Position numbers and translations under genes: made by a program
From: Candidatus Acetothermia bacterium
Lineage (GTDB): Bacteria; Bipolaricaulota; Bipolaricaulia; RBG-16-55-9; DRXL01
Length of the DNA: 64,000 bases
Assembly: GCA_016179105.1 (NCBI GenBank)
Contig: JACOSB010000054.1
Coordinates: 84 to 64,083, forward strand
Reading direction: 5' to 3'
Notes under the pieces: model-generated
Told to the model about the DNA's origin: nothing
Databases searched by the model: none
The model's input: the letters and a program-made list of their open reading frames with translations, nothing else
In this document: positions 28,814 to 38,463 of the stretch, in pieces
Position numbering within the stretch: the stretch's first letter is position 1
Layout: every line of letters begins with the position of its first letter

Positions 28814-28840
28814 GTAGGGGCGAAGCATGCTTCGCCCACA
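28814..28840. repeat. GTAG-type REP-like palindrome
   Basis: GTAGGGGCGAAGCATGCTTCGCCCACA between convergent genes. Confidence 0.85.
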
Positions 28841-28845
28841 AATCT

Positions 28846-30606
28846 TTAATGTCGCACCACGCAAAAATCTAGCCCGCGCAGCTCTAAGGGATGACTGTTA
28901 TCAGGCGAGTGAATGACCATTCGCCCCTTCTCAAAGTAGGGCAAAATCTTCTGATAGTGTTTGGGCGCATTCACTTTCTCGGCCATCTCCGAATCCATGC
29001 CCAATAAAATTTTGGTGCTGATCTGCGAGAGCACGCCGTCATTCACGTCCTGCGGGTTTTGAGTAATTAGCACAAGACCAAGTCGATTCTTGCGCCCTTG
29101 CTTGGCGGCGCGGATGAATTTTTCGACGATAATTTTATCTTGGGCAGTCTCGGACTTGGTGAGATACGAGTGTGCCTCGTCGACCGCGAGCACCACAGGG
29201 ATTCTCCCAAGTTGTGTGCCCCACTCGCGGTCGTCCATCGCTTTGGTTTTGGCGTCGGCGACCATAGACATAATGGTGAGAACGACGACGCGTTCGCCTT
29301 CTTCGCTTAAATGATCGGTAGGAAAGACGCTGACCGCGCCCTCGTTGAAGGCTTCATTATAAATTTTTGTGAGCGGGTTCGCGCCCTGGTCGAAAATCTT
29401 CTGGAAATAGGAGCGGCTCACACGACGGCGAATCGCACGAAGCGTTCCTTCGTGTATCCCAAACGTCGTCAAGAATTTTTCCGTGTTCCCTTCATCTTCG
29501 ACAAATTGATGAAATTTAGCATAAGTCTTTGCTGTTGCAGTTTTGAAGAATTCTTGGACAAGTCTGACCAAACCGTCGTATTGCATCTCGTTCAGCTCGC
29601 CACCCGCAATGAGATAAGGGAAATCTTGGACCAATTCAAAGGGGATCGTGAAGTTAGTGTAGCGATCTGAGCCCGCATATTTTTTGCCTTCTTCGTTGGC
29701 GATAAAGACATTCAATCTGGAATCGATGCCGCCGCATTTTCCACCGACGGCTTTCAGATTGACGATCTCTTCGTTGTCGGAAGAGAGATTCGGGTTTTCA
29801 TCCTTGAGTCCCCAGTACTCGTTATCGGGGTCGATGATCACTAAGCATGGCTCGCGCTCGGCTCCACTGCGGCGCTCCATCTTATATTTAGAGCCGACGA
29901 CTTGGCGCAAAAAGTTCTTGGACGTATGCGTCTTGCCGCGGCCGCTCATCCCCGCGATGAGCGTGTGCGTGAAGAGCAACGGGTCGCCCGTCTTGCTCGT
30001 GTCGTTAATCAAATAGTACGGAATGGGAAGCTGGCTCTTGACTGTGATGCGCTCACCGTTCACAGACACATAGCCTAAGAATAGTCCGCTTTGCGGTATG
30101 TCGAGCCCTGTCTTAATTTCATCGGCGTCGACGACGCGGCGGACGATGGTGTTCGGTTTGGGCAAGTAACGGACCTCGGCCGGGCGCGCGTCTTGGGTGC
30201 CGACCATCGAGATCGGCTCCAGCTCGGCGATTTCAATGTATTCGTCCTCGCTCACTTGCTCTAAATTGAGACGCGCATGGATCTCGCTCATATCGTCGAT
30301 CGCGTCGCGCTTACGATAGGAGAGCTTTTTGAGGCGTGCGAAGATTTTGTAGGGCTGATATTTTAAGGGGATGACCACATACTCGCTGACGGCGACCTCG
30401 TTGCGCTTCTCCTCAGGAATATAGACTTCGATGCAGTGCTCGGTCGTGCTCACGTAAAGCTCATCGCTGATCGCGACGTGCCCAATCTCTTCGGGAGCAA
30501 GCGCGCGCTTGGGCGGTGCGGTCGTTTGCAGCGCATCTTCGCTGAGCACCTTCTCACGCACCCGCCGCATACGTTGCAGTTCTTGTTCGAGATCGAATTC
30601 GGCCAT
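28846..30606 (-). CDS. herA: HerA DNA translocase/helicase (FtsK-HerA ATPase)
   Basis: HAS-barrel-like N-terminus; Walker A GMSGRGKT; Walker B LAVDEAH; GRKNRLGLVLITQNP. Confidence 0.88.
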   Translation of the reverse strand: MAEFDLEQELQRMRRVREKVLSEDALQTTAPPKRALAPEEIGHVAISDELYVSTTEHCIEVYIPEEKRNEVAVSEYVVIPLKYQPYKIFARLKKLSYRKRDAIDDMSEIHARLNLEQVSEDEYIEIAELEPISMVGTQDARPAEVRYLPKPNTIVRRVVDADEIKTGLDIPQSGLFLGYVSVNGERITVKSQLPIPYYLINDTSKTGDPLLFTHTLIAGMSGRGKTHTSKNFLRQVVGSKYKMERRSGAEREPCLVIIDPDNEYWGLKDENPNLSSDNEEIVNLKAVGGKCGGIDSRLNVFIANEEGKKYAGSDRYTNFTIPFELVQDFPYLIAGGELNEMQYDGLVRLVQEFFKTATAKTYAKFHQFVEDEGNTEKFLTTFGIHEGTLRAIRRRVSRSYFQKIFDQGANPLTKIYNEAFNEGAVSVFPTDHLSEEGERVVVLTIMSMVADAKTKAMDDREWGTQLGRIPVVLAVDEAHSYLTKSETAQDKIIVEKFIRAAKQGRKNRLGLVLITQNPQDVNDGVLSQISTKILLGMDSEMAEKVNAPKHYQKILPYFEKGRMVIHSPDNSHPLELRGLDFCVVRH

Positions 30607-30630
30607 CGGTCCCCCTTACCTTGTGCGAGG

Positions 30631-30666
30631 CCCCCTCCCAGCCTCCCCCGCTACGCAGAGGAGGAG
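30631..30666. repeat. CCCCCTCCC..CCTCCCCC-type degenerate palindrome
   Basis: CCCCCTCCCAGCCTCCCCCGCTACGCAGAGGAGGAG in the nurA-herA spacer. Confidence 0.55.
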
Positions 30667-30681
30667 CCTTCACGCTCTGAA

Positions 30682-31932
30682 TTATAACGGTTCTCCTCGC
30701 GTCTGATTATAAATCAAATCGAGCCCCACGCCACATTCGCGCATCAACGCTTCTCGTTCTTCTTGCGTGATGCGCGCGCGGCTGTCGGCTCTTCTGATTG
30801 CATGAGGAACGCCCTGTCCACGCGCTAACTCCGAGAGCATCTTCTGTTGAATTCTTTCAGGGTCGTGCGCGCGCAGCATCAGCCGTGGCGTCTCGATTTT
30901 CATCACCGTGCGGATGCGCGGGTCGTACACATAGAAGAAGCAGACGTGATACGCCGAGGACTCGTGAGCCAGCGTGAAAGCGTGAAGTTTTCTAAAGAGA
31001 TCGACGCTGTCCCCAGTGCCCCCGGCCGGTGACGGATATTCTTCCTGCACGAACCAGCTTGAATACGAGAGATGATCTTTGGGCGCATCGCTGAGCACCG
31101 CTTTGAAAAACTGTCGGTCGTTGCTCCAGTACTGACGTCGCGCGTCGAGACAATATTGAGTGAACCATTTGGTGTCAGGATTTTTGTTGAGCGCAACGTA
31201 GGCTACTCCGCGTTGATAGAAAACTTCAGCGACACGCAACGGCATTTGTAATATCTCTACGGCCTCATCCAATTCATCTAAATGAATATCCCACTTCCAG
31301 CCCCAGCTTGCGCCCTTTTCTCCAGCGATATAATAGAGTATTCCGATGGGAAAGGCGTTGCCGTCGAGAATGAAAAATCCTTGCTTCAGGTTGAGTGCGT
31401 CCAACATGCGCAGCGTGTGCGTCGATTCACTCGCAATATCAGCGAGCCCCTTCACCAATTGTTCGACCTTGCGTTTCACTTTGTCGGGGGTCAGATGGAT
31501 GTGCCACAAATGAACCAAGTCATTCAGTTCTCGTTCGGCAGAAGCTCCTCCTAAATCATCTCTAAAAGTATGTGAGATGATCGAGACGCAGCGATAGGCT
31601 TCCAAGGGCAACCCGTGAAGCTCGGAGGCTGGGTCGCTAGAGAGCACAGCCTGGTTGGCGCACATGATCGTCCCGTTCTCAAACAGCATTGGACGCGTGC
31701 TGCCGCCGTCGACCGCGTAGACCGTCTCCCATCCAGGAAATCTCTGAATTGCGAGATCGAGAATCGGGGCGCTGCGAAAGAAGGGCTCACCCAACGGCTT
31801 GATGCTGCCGTCCAGCTTGAGTTGTGAGAAGAGCTGGCGGGCTTCCTCGCGGTGATTACGAGCCCGGCGAGTCATCTCGCCGAATTCTTGGAGTCGTTGC
31901 GTCATCGCGCGGCGCGTTTCTTTGGAGAGCAT
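30682..31932 (-). CDS. nurA: NurA 5'-3' nuclease
   Basis: YAVDGGS, ILDGN, KIETP and GVPHAIRRADSRARI motifs; lies between rad50 and herA. Confidence 0.85.
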   Translation of the reverse strand: MLSKETRRAMTQRLQEFGEMTRRARNHREEARQLFSQLKLDGSIKPLGEPFFRSAPILDLAIQRFPGWETVYAVDGGSTRPMLFENGTIMCANQAVLSSDPASELHGLPLEAYRCVSIISHTFRDDLGGASAERELNDLVHLWHIHLTPDKVKRKVEQLVKGLADIASESTHTLRMLDALNLKQGFFILDGNAFPIGILYYIAGEKGASWGWKWDIHLDELDEAVEILQMPLRVAEVFYQRGVAYVALNKNPDTKWFTQYCLDARRQYWSNDRQFFKAVLSDAPKDHLSYSSWFVQEEYPSPAGGTGDSVDLFRKLHAFTLAHESSAYHVCFFYVYDPRIRTVMKIETPRLMLRAHDPERIQQKMLSELARGQGVPHAIRRADSRARITQEEREALMRECGVGLDLIYNQTRGEPL

Positions 31933-31941
31933 TTTTCACCC

Positions 31942-31998
31942 GTAGGGGCGAATCTTGCATTCGCCCTCTCGTAGGGGCGGTTCGCAAACCGCCCCTAC
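31942..31998. repeat. Tandem pair of GTAG-type REP-like palindromes
   Basis: GTAGGGGCGAATCTTGCATTCGCCCTCTC followed by GTAGGGGCGGTTCGCAAACCGCCCCTAC. Confidence 0.88.
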
Positions 31999-32021
31999 TT
32001 CTTGGCGGTTTGCCCCCAAGT

Positions 32022-34418
32022 TCATCGCATCTTCCTGACCGTGCTGATATTATCGTTTCCCTTCTCCGTCCGGTATTCATGATCGGCTCCTTCGACCAAT
32101 CCCGTTTCGTGTGAAACGATAATCACCTGACCGACGCGCCGCCCCAAATCTTCCAATAACCGTTGCAGCCGAGCGATGCGCTCGCGATCGAGATAGATCG
32201 TCGGCTCGTCCAAAATCAAGGGCATTCGTCTGATTTCTTGGGATAGTACTTGATGGATCGCGCAGCGCAATGCAATATTGATCAGCGCGCGCTCACCCCC
32301 GGAGAGCAAGGCTGGACTAATTATCCCGCCGTTCTTGAGCTGGACTTGGATCTCATATTCGTCTGTAATCCGAACGCCCGCGTAGCTATCTTCAGCTCCC
32401 ATCAGATTGAAAAAACCATTGAAGGCCGCGTTGAGCTTGTCCATATAGCGCAGGCGCAATTCTTTCTTAACCATTTGATAAAGATCGCGCATCTTCTCCA
32501 GCTCCGACTGAATCGTCTCGATCGTTTGCGATTGGGTCGCTAAACGCCCCTGATCGCTTCGCCATTTTTCGAGTTGCTGCAACTGATTGCTGACTGTTCC
32601 GCGCTCGTGCACGAGTTTTTCATGTTGTACAGCAAGTTTTGTCTTCTCATCACGGAGCGCTTTCAGATGTTCTTGAACTTTCGTTAATTTTGCTTGCAGC
32701 TCGTCGCGATCCGTAAGCTGCGTTTTTTTCTCGTCGACTTGAGTCATGAGACGGGAAATATCGTTGCGTAGCTCGTCTCGGTTCTCATTCAGCGTCTTGC
32801 GCTGCTCGCGCTTTTGTTTCCCTTCTTCTTTCGTCCGGAGCAAAAGTAGCGTTTTCTCTTTGAGAATCTCTAACTTTTCTTTGCGTTGCTCTAGGGCTTT
32901 GATCGTTGTGTTGATCACGGCTTGTTCGGTTTGGTTCTTCGTTCGGAGCGTCGAGCGATTTGTATCAATTTTTTTGAGTTCAGTTTCAGCACCAGCAATC
33001 TCGTCGCTCAACTGTGCTTTATGTTTTTCTAGATGGTCGAGCGTCGCTCCCAGTGTTTGGTGAGAGACCTCTTGCTGACACGTAGGGCACTTGCCCAGCT
33101 CAATCAGCTCTTGGTGGCGCTGCTGTTGTAGCTCCAATTGTTTCAGTTGTGTGCGCTTCTCTGTCACTTTTTGAGAGATTTTGTCTCGCTCTTCGCGAAG
33201 CTGCTCTTCAGCTTCGATCGCTTCAGCGCGCTTTGTCTCTAACTGAGCGCGCGCCTCTTCTACTCTCGCTTTCGCGTTAGAAAATTCTTCCGGGAGCGAC
33301 GCGATTTGCTCGAACGCGTCCGCTGGCCAGAGGGATTCAATTATTCTTTGCGAGTCTAACTCCAGGTCTCGCAGTCCCTCGCTCAAATGTTTCTCCAAAT
33401 CGCGATAGCGCTGCTCGAGCATTTTGAGTTCTTTGCTCAATTGCTCTTCACGTTGAGCGAATTGTTTCAGCTTTTGTTCTTTGGTAGAGATTTCTTGTTG
33501 CGCTTGAGAAATTTCTTTGGTTACTTGTTCTAAGCGCCGGAGTTGTTCTTCAAAATGTGCCCGCAGCTGCTCGATTTCAGATAATTTTGTCTCGCGCATC
33601 TGAATCTCAGACTGAAGAGCTTCGATCTGTTTGGTGAGTTCGAGTCTCTTTGCTTCGAGCTGGAGCGCTTCGTACGCTTCGATATTTTTTTTGAGTTCTT
33701 TTTGTGCCCGCTGAAGGCCGTCGAGCTCGCGGTTGACCGCGCGTTGCGCTCCTTCTTTGACACGTCGACTATAAACATCCAACTTTTCTAAGCGCAAGAG
33801 TCGATCTATCATTTGTTTTCGTTCTTCGTCGCCCGCGCGAATCAGCCGATCGATCTCGCCCTGGCGCACGTAGAGACAGTTTACAAAGTCATCGCGGCTC
33901 ATCCCGAAGAGCAATTCGATCTGAGCAACAACATCACGCACACCGACCCAGCGCTCGCCCCTGTCACTCTTAAGAACACTCTCTTCGCGCTCGCTGATGA
34001 CTTGGTCGCCGCGTTTTCGAAGGGCCATCTGCGCCGTGTATCTTTTCCCATCGTGTAAAAACGAGAGAGAGACTGAGCCCGCGTCGCTCCCTAATCGTAA
34101 GATCCCGTCAAGCGAGCGACCCATCGCGGCTCCGGCTTCGCTGCCATAGAGCGCGAAGAAGACGCTTTCCAAAAGCGACGATTTTCCGCTTCCGTTCGCG
34201 CCTGCAATCACAGTGATGCCGTGACTCCAATCGATGCGAGCCTTCTCATAGCACCAGAGATTCTCGACCTCGATGCCCTCCAAGAGCAACTGCGAGTGAG
34301 CGCTGGGTGGCATCGTAACGGTCGACGCGTGCTCGGACGGGGCACTGATCTCAGCTTTGGCGAGCAAGTCTACTGCCGTCTGTTCAAGCAAAATTTTGTC
34401 AGATTTTTTTCGGGGCAC
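32022..34418 (-). CDS. rad50: Rad50/SbcC SMC-like ATPase
   Basis: GANGSGKSS, Q-loop YVRQGEI, coiled coil, zinc hook CPTC, LSGGE, LILDEPT, VSH. Confidence 0.92.
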   Translation of the reverse strand: MPRKKSDKILLEQTAVDLLAKAEISAPSEHASTVTMPPSAHSQLLLEGIEVENLWCYEKARIDWSHGITVIAGANGSGKSSLLESVFFALYGSEAGAAMGRSLDGILRLGSDAGSVSLSFLHDGKRYTAQMALRKRGDQVISEREESVLKSDRGERWVGVRDVVAQIELLFGMSRDDFVNCLYVRQGEIDRLIRAGDEERKQMIDRLLRLEKLDVYSRRVKEGAQRAVNRELDGLQRAQKELKKNIEAYEALQLEAKRLELTKQIEALQSEIQMRETKLSEIEQLRAHFEEQLRRLEQVTKEISQAQQEISTKEQKLKQFAQREEQLSKELKMLEQRYRDLEKHLSEGLRDLELDSQRIIESLWPADAFEQIASLPEEFSNAKARVEEARAQLETKRAEAIEAEEQLREERDKISQKVTEKRTQLKQLELQQQRHQELIELGKCPTCQQEVSHQTLGATLDHLEKHKAQLSDEIAGAETELKKIDTNRSTLRTKNQTEQAVINTTIKALEQRKEKLEILKEKTLLLLRTKEEGKQKREQRKTLNENRDELRNDISRLMTQVDEKKTQLTDRDELQAKLTKVQEHLKALRDEKTKLAVQHEKLVHERGTVSNQLQQLEKWRSDQGRLATQSQTIETIQSELEKMRDLYQMVKKELRLRYMDKLNAAFNGFFNLMGAEDSYAGVRITDEYEIQVQLKNGGIISPALLSGGERALINIALRCAIHQVLSQEIRRMPLILDEPTIYLDRERIARLQRLLEDLGRRVGQVIIVSHETGLVEGADHEYRTEKGNDNISTVRKMR

Positions 34419-34421
34419 GTT

Positions 34422-35480
34422 CTACTCCAGAACTTTTTCTAGATAGCGACTCACTTCATCGTCGACGCGCGAGTCAGCGATGCGTTCATCGCGCACGATG
34501 GAATCGATCTGTCGCGTCCACTCCGAAAAATTCTCGCGGTCGAGTCGCTCGGCAATTTTTTGATCGAGATTGCCCACTTCAAAGCTCACGCCTTGAGCCT
34601 CGGCCTGCGCCAAGTCCGGGCGTCTCAAATCCCGTACACGTACGGCGAGGGCACCTTTGGAAAGCCCGTGTTCTTCGATCTCTCGAATGGTGTACCCTTC
34701 TTCTTCGAGATAGACAGCCACGACAGACTCGCGAAGCTCTTTCGCGTGAGCATCGATGCCCTTGATCGGGTCTTCGTTCTCACGAATGAAGACAAAAGGG
34801 CGCGTTTGCAATTCGCGTCGATCGAGTCTTTGCGATTCTAGATGGATGAGACTGATCCCGCGCGGGCTGGATTCACTGAGCGCCCAGCGCTCGCTGCTGC
34901 CGGGGTATGTGATCATGACATCTCCCTCGTGCCAGACGCGATGCTCGTGATAGTCTCCCAAGAGCACCAGCGAAGCGCCAACGTTCGCCATGTCTATCGA
35001 TTTGAGCTCGGCTTCCTGCATCGGTTGGGCTTTGTCGAGCATCTGATGTAAGACCAGAGCGCTCTTTTTCTCTTTTAATTTGGGCAACCGAAGCTCGCGT
35101 CGCCCGGCATAGTCCATCCCATAGAAAGCGAACTCACCCAACGAGAAAGGCTCTGGTCCCAAATGTACGGCCAATCCCAAACCCGCGAAGAGGTCGATCC
35201 ATTGAACGCCGCGGCGCTGCTCGTGATTGCCGACGATCGCCAAAAATGGGATCTCGGCTTCCTTTAAGCGAAAGAGTCCTTGCAAAACATCTCTTAAATC
35301 TTCGGCCGAGACGTAGCGTTCATCGAAAAGATCGCCGGCGTGCACGACGGCGTCGACTTTTTCACTAATAGCCATATCGACGATTTGCCAGAACGCCTTC
35401 GAAAAATCCTCGCGGCGCTCTTCGAGACCATACTGGCGACAACCCAAATGAGTATCGGCTGTATGCAAGATACGTGTCAT
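34422..35480 (-). CDS. mre11: Mre11/SbcD nuclease
   Basis: HTADTHLG, HAGDLFD, GNHE, LHQ, LGDYHE, YPGSSER. Start set at MTRILH. Confidence 0.92.
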   Translation of the reverse strand: MTRILHTADTHLGCRQYGLEERREDFSKAFWQIVDMAISEKVDAVVHAGDLFDERYVSAEDLRDVLQGLFRLKEAEIPFLAIVGNHEQRRGVQWIDLFAGLGLAVHLGPEPFSLGEFAFYGMDYAGRRELRLPKLKEKKSALVLHQMLDKAQPMQEAELKSIDMANVGASLVLLGDYHEHRVWHEGDVMITYPGSSERWALSESSPRGISLIHLESQRLDRRELQTRPFVFIRENEDPIKGIDAHAKELRESVVAVYLEEEGYTIREIEEHGLSKGALAVRVRDLRRPDLAQAEAQGVSFEVGNLDQKIAERLDRENFSEWTRQIDSIVRDERIADSRVDDEVSRYLEKVLE

Positions 35481-35756
35481 CATTTCCTCACAAAGCGGGC
35501 GTATGCCGAGTATAACGAGGGCTTTGCCGACGCGCAAATACTGGTTTAGAATCGCGGAGACTCACGAAGCGGCGGGCATTCCACTGAGCGCACGTTTTGA
35601 CAGCGGACGTAGCGATGGGTATCTTGAAACATCGGGTCACGAAAAGGTGTGGCGTGTTTTCAGTCATTGACAGAAGAGTTGAAACTGAGCTCTATGAGGG
35701 ATCAAGGGCACTTAAGTCTTGGGGTGAAATAGCTGATGGTGAAAATTAGAGCAATG

Positions 35757-35984
35757 TTACTTTTGTGACTGCAGGCCAAAGCTATCAACCTGATTGGCTT
35801 TATCTGCCCAGCGTTCGAGAATTCGAGCGATGTTGCGCTCGTCCAACTTGGAACCGTTGCGGGTGACAAAAAGACAATCTTCTCCTAAGAAGTGCCCTCG
35901 GATTTGCAGCCAGTCTTGCATTGCTCGAGTCAGGCGCTTTCCCATGAAGACAATACGCTCTCGATCGCGCTTGCTTTGATGCAC
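35757..35984 (-). pseudogene. Tyrosine recombinase/integrase internal fragment
   Basis: SKRDRERIVFMGKRLTRAMQDWL...LFVTRNGSKLDERNIARIL; lacks box I Arg and the HxxR/Tyr box II. Confidence 0.7.
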
Positions 35985-36046
35985 GCATTGGGAGCGAGTT
36001 TGTCAATTGGCTTGCCAACTTGAAGTGTGATGCGCGTTACGATAAA

Positions 36047-36087
36047 TGGTTGACAAAATTCATAAATTATTATAATATTGTCAACCA
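36047..36087 (+). promoter_or_regulatory. Promoter overlapped by an inverted-repeat operator
   Basis: TGGTTGACAAAATT...AATATTGTCAACCA (13 of 14 inverted match), containing TTGACA and TATAAT, upstream of the XRE gene. Confidence 0.7.
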
Positions 36088-36101
36088 ACGAGGAGAACAA
36101 A

Positions 36102-37277
36102 ATGATTGGCCAGAGACTGAAACAGTTACGCATGTCCCGTGGTTTCTCACTGGATGCTCTCGCAGCAGAATTAGGTGGCATTGTAACCAAGCAAGCTTTG
36201 TCAAAATACGAACAGGGCAAGATACGACCGTCACCTGTAGTGTTGAATAAGCTGGCATCAACTCTTGGGATTAAAGTTTCATATTTGTTCAAAGAGCCAA
36301 CTATTCAGGTAAAATTTATAGCCTATCGAAAAGTTTCTCGACTTCCTAAAAAGGAACAGTTGAGGGTAGAATGTCTGGTCAAGGAGGCATTAGAAGATCG
36401 TATTCGACTACAACAACTAACCAATCAAGCAAATGGTTCCCACATACCTATACAGTCGATGCGTGTCAAAACAATTGAAGACGTTGAAGCAGCTGCTCAA
36501 AAATTACGCACACAATGGGAATTAGGGGTCGATCCCATTTCAAGTGTTACGGATATTTTGGAAGCACACTTCATTCATGTATTGCCGGTTAACGCTGACG
36601 ATAAATTCGACGGTATTGCGGCCGTTGCTTATTCTGGTAATCACCATGTCATGGCGGCTGCGGTGGTCACACGCGGGGAAATCTCAGGTGAACGTCAACG
36701 CCTGAATCTGACCCATGAATTAGGTCATTTAGTTCTGGACATGCCTAAAAACTTGGATGAAGAAAAAACAGCATTTCGATTTGGTGCAGCATTCTTGGCT
36801 CCTGCAGAAGTAGTGTACAGAGAAGTTGGTACTAAAAGAGGTTTTATGCAACCTGAAGAATTGTTGCTCCTGAAACGCTACTTTGGCATGAGTATTCAGG
36901 CTCTTCTATACCGCCTGCGTGACTTGGGCATCATTACTGAGTCCCACTATAAGCAATGGTGCATGGACATTAGTAGGCTGAGCTGGCGAAAGCAAGAACC
37001 TTTGGAGTTAAAACCTGAACGAGCAAAATGGCTGCGTCAAAAAGTGCTTCGTGCGTTTGCTGAAGGTGTCATCACTCTGGAGGATGCAGAACGAATGCTT
37101 GGCGACAAGCTGAATACGAAGCAACCCTTGTCACTGATAGAACGACGAGCCTTTATGAAACTGCCCACTGAGGAGCGTCGTCGAATATTGGTAGAACAAG
37201 CAGGAAAAATGGTAGCGTACTATGAACAACATAGAGAGTGGGAAGAACTTCAAGGAGGCGACGTGATTGAGTATTAG
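36102..37277 (+). CDS. XRE helix-turn-helix fused to ImmA/IrrE (M78) metallopeptidase
   Basis: IGQRLKQLR...TKQALSKYEQG HTH; RQRLNLTHELGH; FGAAFLAP. ATG 36102 after GAGGAG. Confidence 0.9.
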   Translation: MIGQRLKQLRMSRGFSLDALAAELGGIVTKQALSKYEQGKIRPSPVVLNKLASTLGIKVSYLFKEPTIQVKFIAYRKVSRLPKKEQLRVECLVKEALEDRIRLQQLTNQANGSHIPIQSMRVKTIEDVEAAAQKLRTQWELGVDPISSVTDILEAHFIHVLPVNADDKFDGIAAVAYSGNHHVMAAAVVTRGEISGERQRLNLTHELGHLVLDMPKNLDEEKTAFRFGAAFLAPAEVVYREVGTKRGFMQPEELLLLKRYFGMSIQALLYRLRDLGIITESHYKQWCMDISRLSWRKQEPLELKPERAKWLRQKVLRAFAEGVITLEDAERMLGDKLNTKQPLSLIERRAFMKLPTEERRRILVEQAGKMVAYYEQHREWEELQGGDVIEY

Positions 37278-37629
37278 TTCCACAATCCCGAAGCGTGGTG
37301 AAATTTGGAAGATAAATCTCGATCCGACTGTAGGTGCTGAAATCAAGAAGAGTCGTCCTGCTATTGTAGTGAGTTCTGATGCTGTTGGTAAATTGCCAAT
37401 CAAATTAGTTGCCCCTATTACTGAATGGAATCACGCATTCACACAAAACATCTGGCATGTCAGAATCGAACCCGATCAACTCAATGGTCTGTCAAAAGCT
37501 TCTGCGGTTGACGTTCTTCAACTTAGGGGCGTAGACATACAAAGATTTATCAGCAAGTTAGGGCAAGTACACGCAACTTTAATGGAAGAAATAGCGGCTG
37601 CCATTGCAGCAGTAGTTGAATATCAATAG
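37267..37629 (+). CDS. mazF: PemK/MazF family toxin
   Basis: KRGEIWKINLDPTVGAEIKKSRPAIVVS, VAPIT, NGLSKAS. Confidence 0.9.
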   Translation: MSISSTIPKRGEIWKINLDPTVGAEIKKSRPAIVVSSDAVGKLPIKLVAPITEWNHAFTQNIWHVRIEPDQLNGLSKASAVDVLQLRGVDIQRFISKLGQVHATLMEEIAAAIAAVVEYQ

Positions 37630-37922
37630 CAGAGGACTCTGCCCCCAAACGTACGATACTTTGCTACTGTTCCAACAACCGATTGCTCTGTCCGGCATGT
37701 CACGGCCGGGCCGAGGATGTAAATGGGGCGATGACCCGCGAAGAAATCACGCTCTTCGCGTAGGAGTCCTGCTTCCCAGCAATTGCCCCATCCCTTGGGA
37801 GTGTGATATAATTTTGCATCTACTGGTGGTCTTTGACAGAAGCAAAGAAGAATAGGACAAGACAAACCCTATGAGGGATGCTGATATGACCTGCTTCAGG
37901 TGTTTGTTGCTTTGTTTTCTTT

Positions 37923-38120
37923 GTGGAAGAAGTCTTCTTTGCGAATTCACCTCAGTTCCGGAAGTCGGGTGAGGTTACTTATGCCTTTGGTCAAACACGC
38001 GCCGGACGCTATCTCTTCATCGTCTTCAAACACTTGAGCCGAGGACGTGCACAAGTTATTACTGCCCGCGCGATGGACCAGACTGAAAAACGCTATTACA
38101 AAAAACGAAGAGGTTTGTGA
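37923..38120 (+). pseudogene. BrnT-like toxin, 5'-truncated
   Basis: EEVFF...YAFGQTRAGRYLFIVF...VITARAMDQTEKRYY; the usual FEWD..N...HGV N-terminus and an RBS are absent. Confidence 0.65.
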
Positions 38121-38446
38121 TGAAGAAAACTATCGACAACCGCAAGAAAAAGTTGCCCGATTTCAGCAAGATGACCGATGCCGAGATCGCCGATTTTTGG
38201 GACACACATAGTTTCGTAGATTATTGGGATAAGCTGGAAGAGATCGAGGTGACCACCAAGTCCTCTTCGACAGAAGTGATCGGCGTGCGGCTGGCCAAGA
38301 GCGACCTCGATCAGATTAAGAGAGTCTCGCGGAAGCTGGGGCTGAGCTATTCGACCCTCTTGCAGGCTTGGATCAAGGAAAAACTTCGTGAGCTTCGCGC
38401 GGTTAAGACAGGCCGGGGGCCCAAGTCTGCTCGCGGAGATCGATAG
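38117..38446 (+). CDS. BrnA/CopG-like antitoxin
   Basis: LPDF...EIADFWDTHSFVDY followed by an RHH-like GVRL...KLGLSYSTLLQAWIKEKL. Confidence 0.85.
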   Translation: MMKKTIDNRKKKLPDFSKMTDAEIADFWDTHSFVDYWDKLEEIEVTTKSSSTEVIGVRLAKSDLDQIKRVSRKLGLSYSTLLQAWIKEKLRELRAVKTGRGPKSARGDR

Positions 38447-38463
38447 CTGACTGATCCACTTAC

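Noticed and set aside
28846-31932. HerA-NurA as an anti-phage system (e.g. Sir2-HerA type)
   Set aside because: Linkage to mre11-rad50 and host-like composition favour DNA repair.
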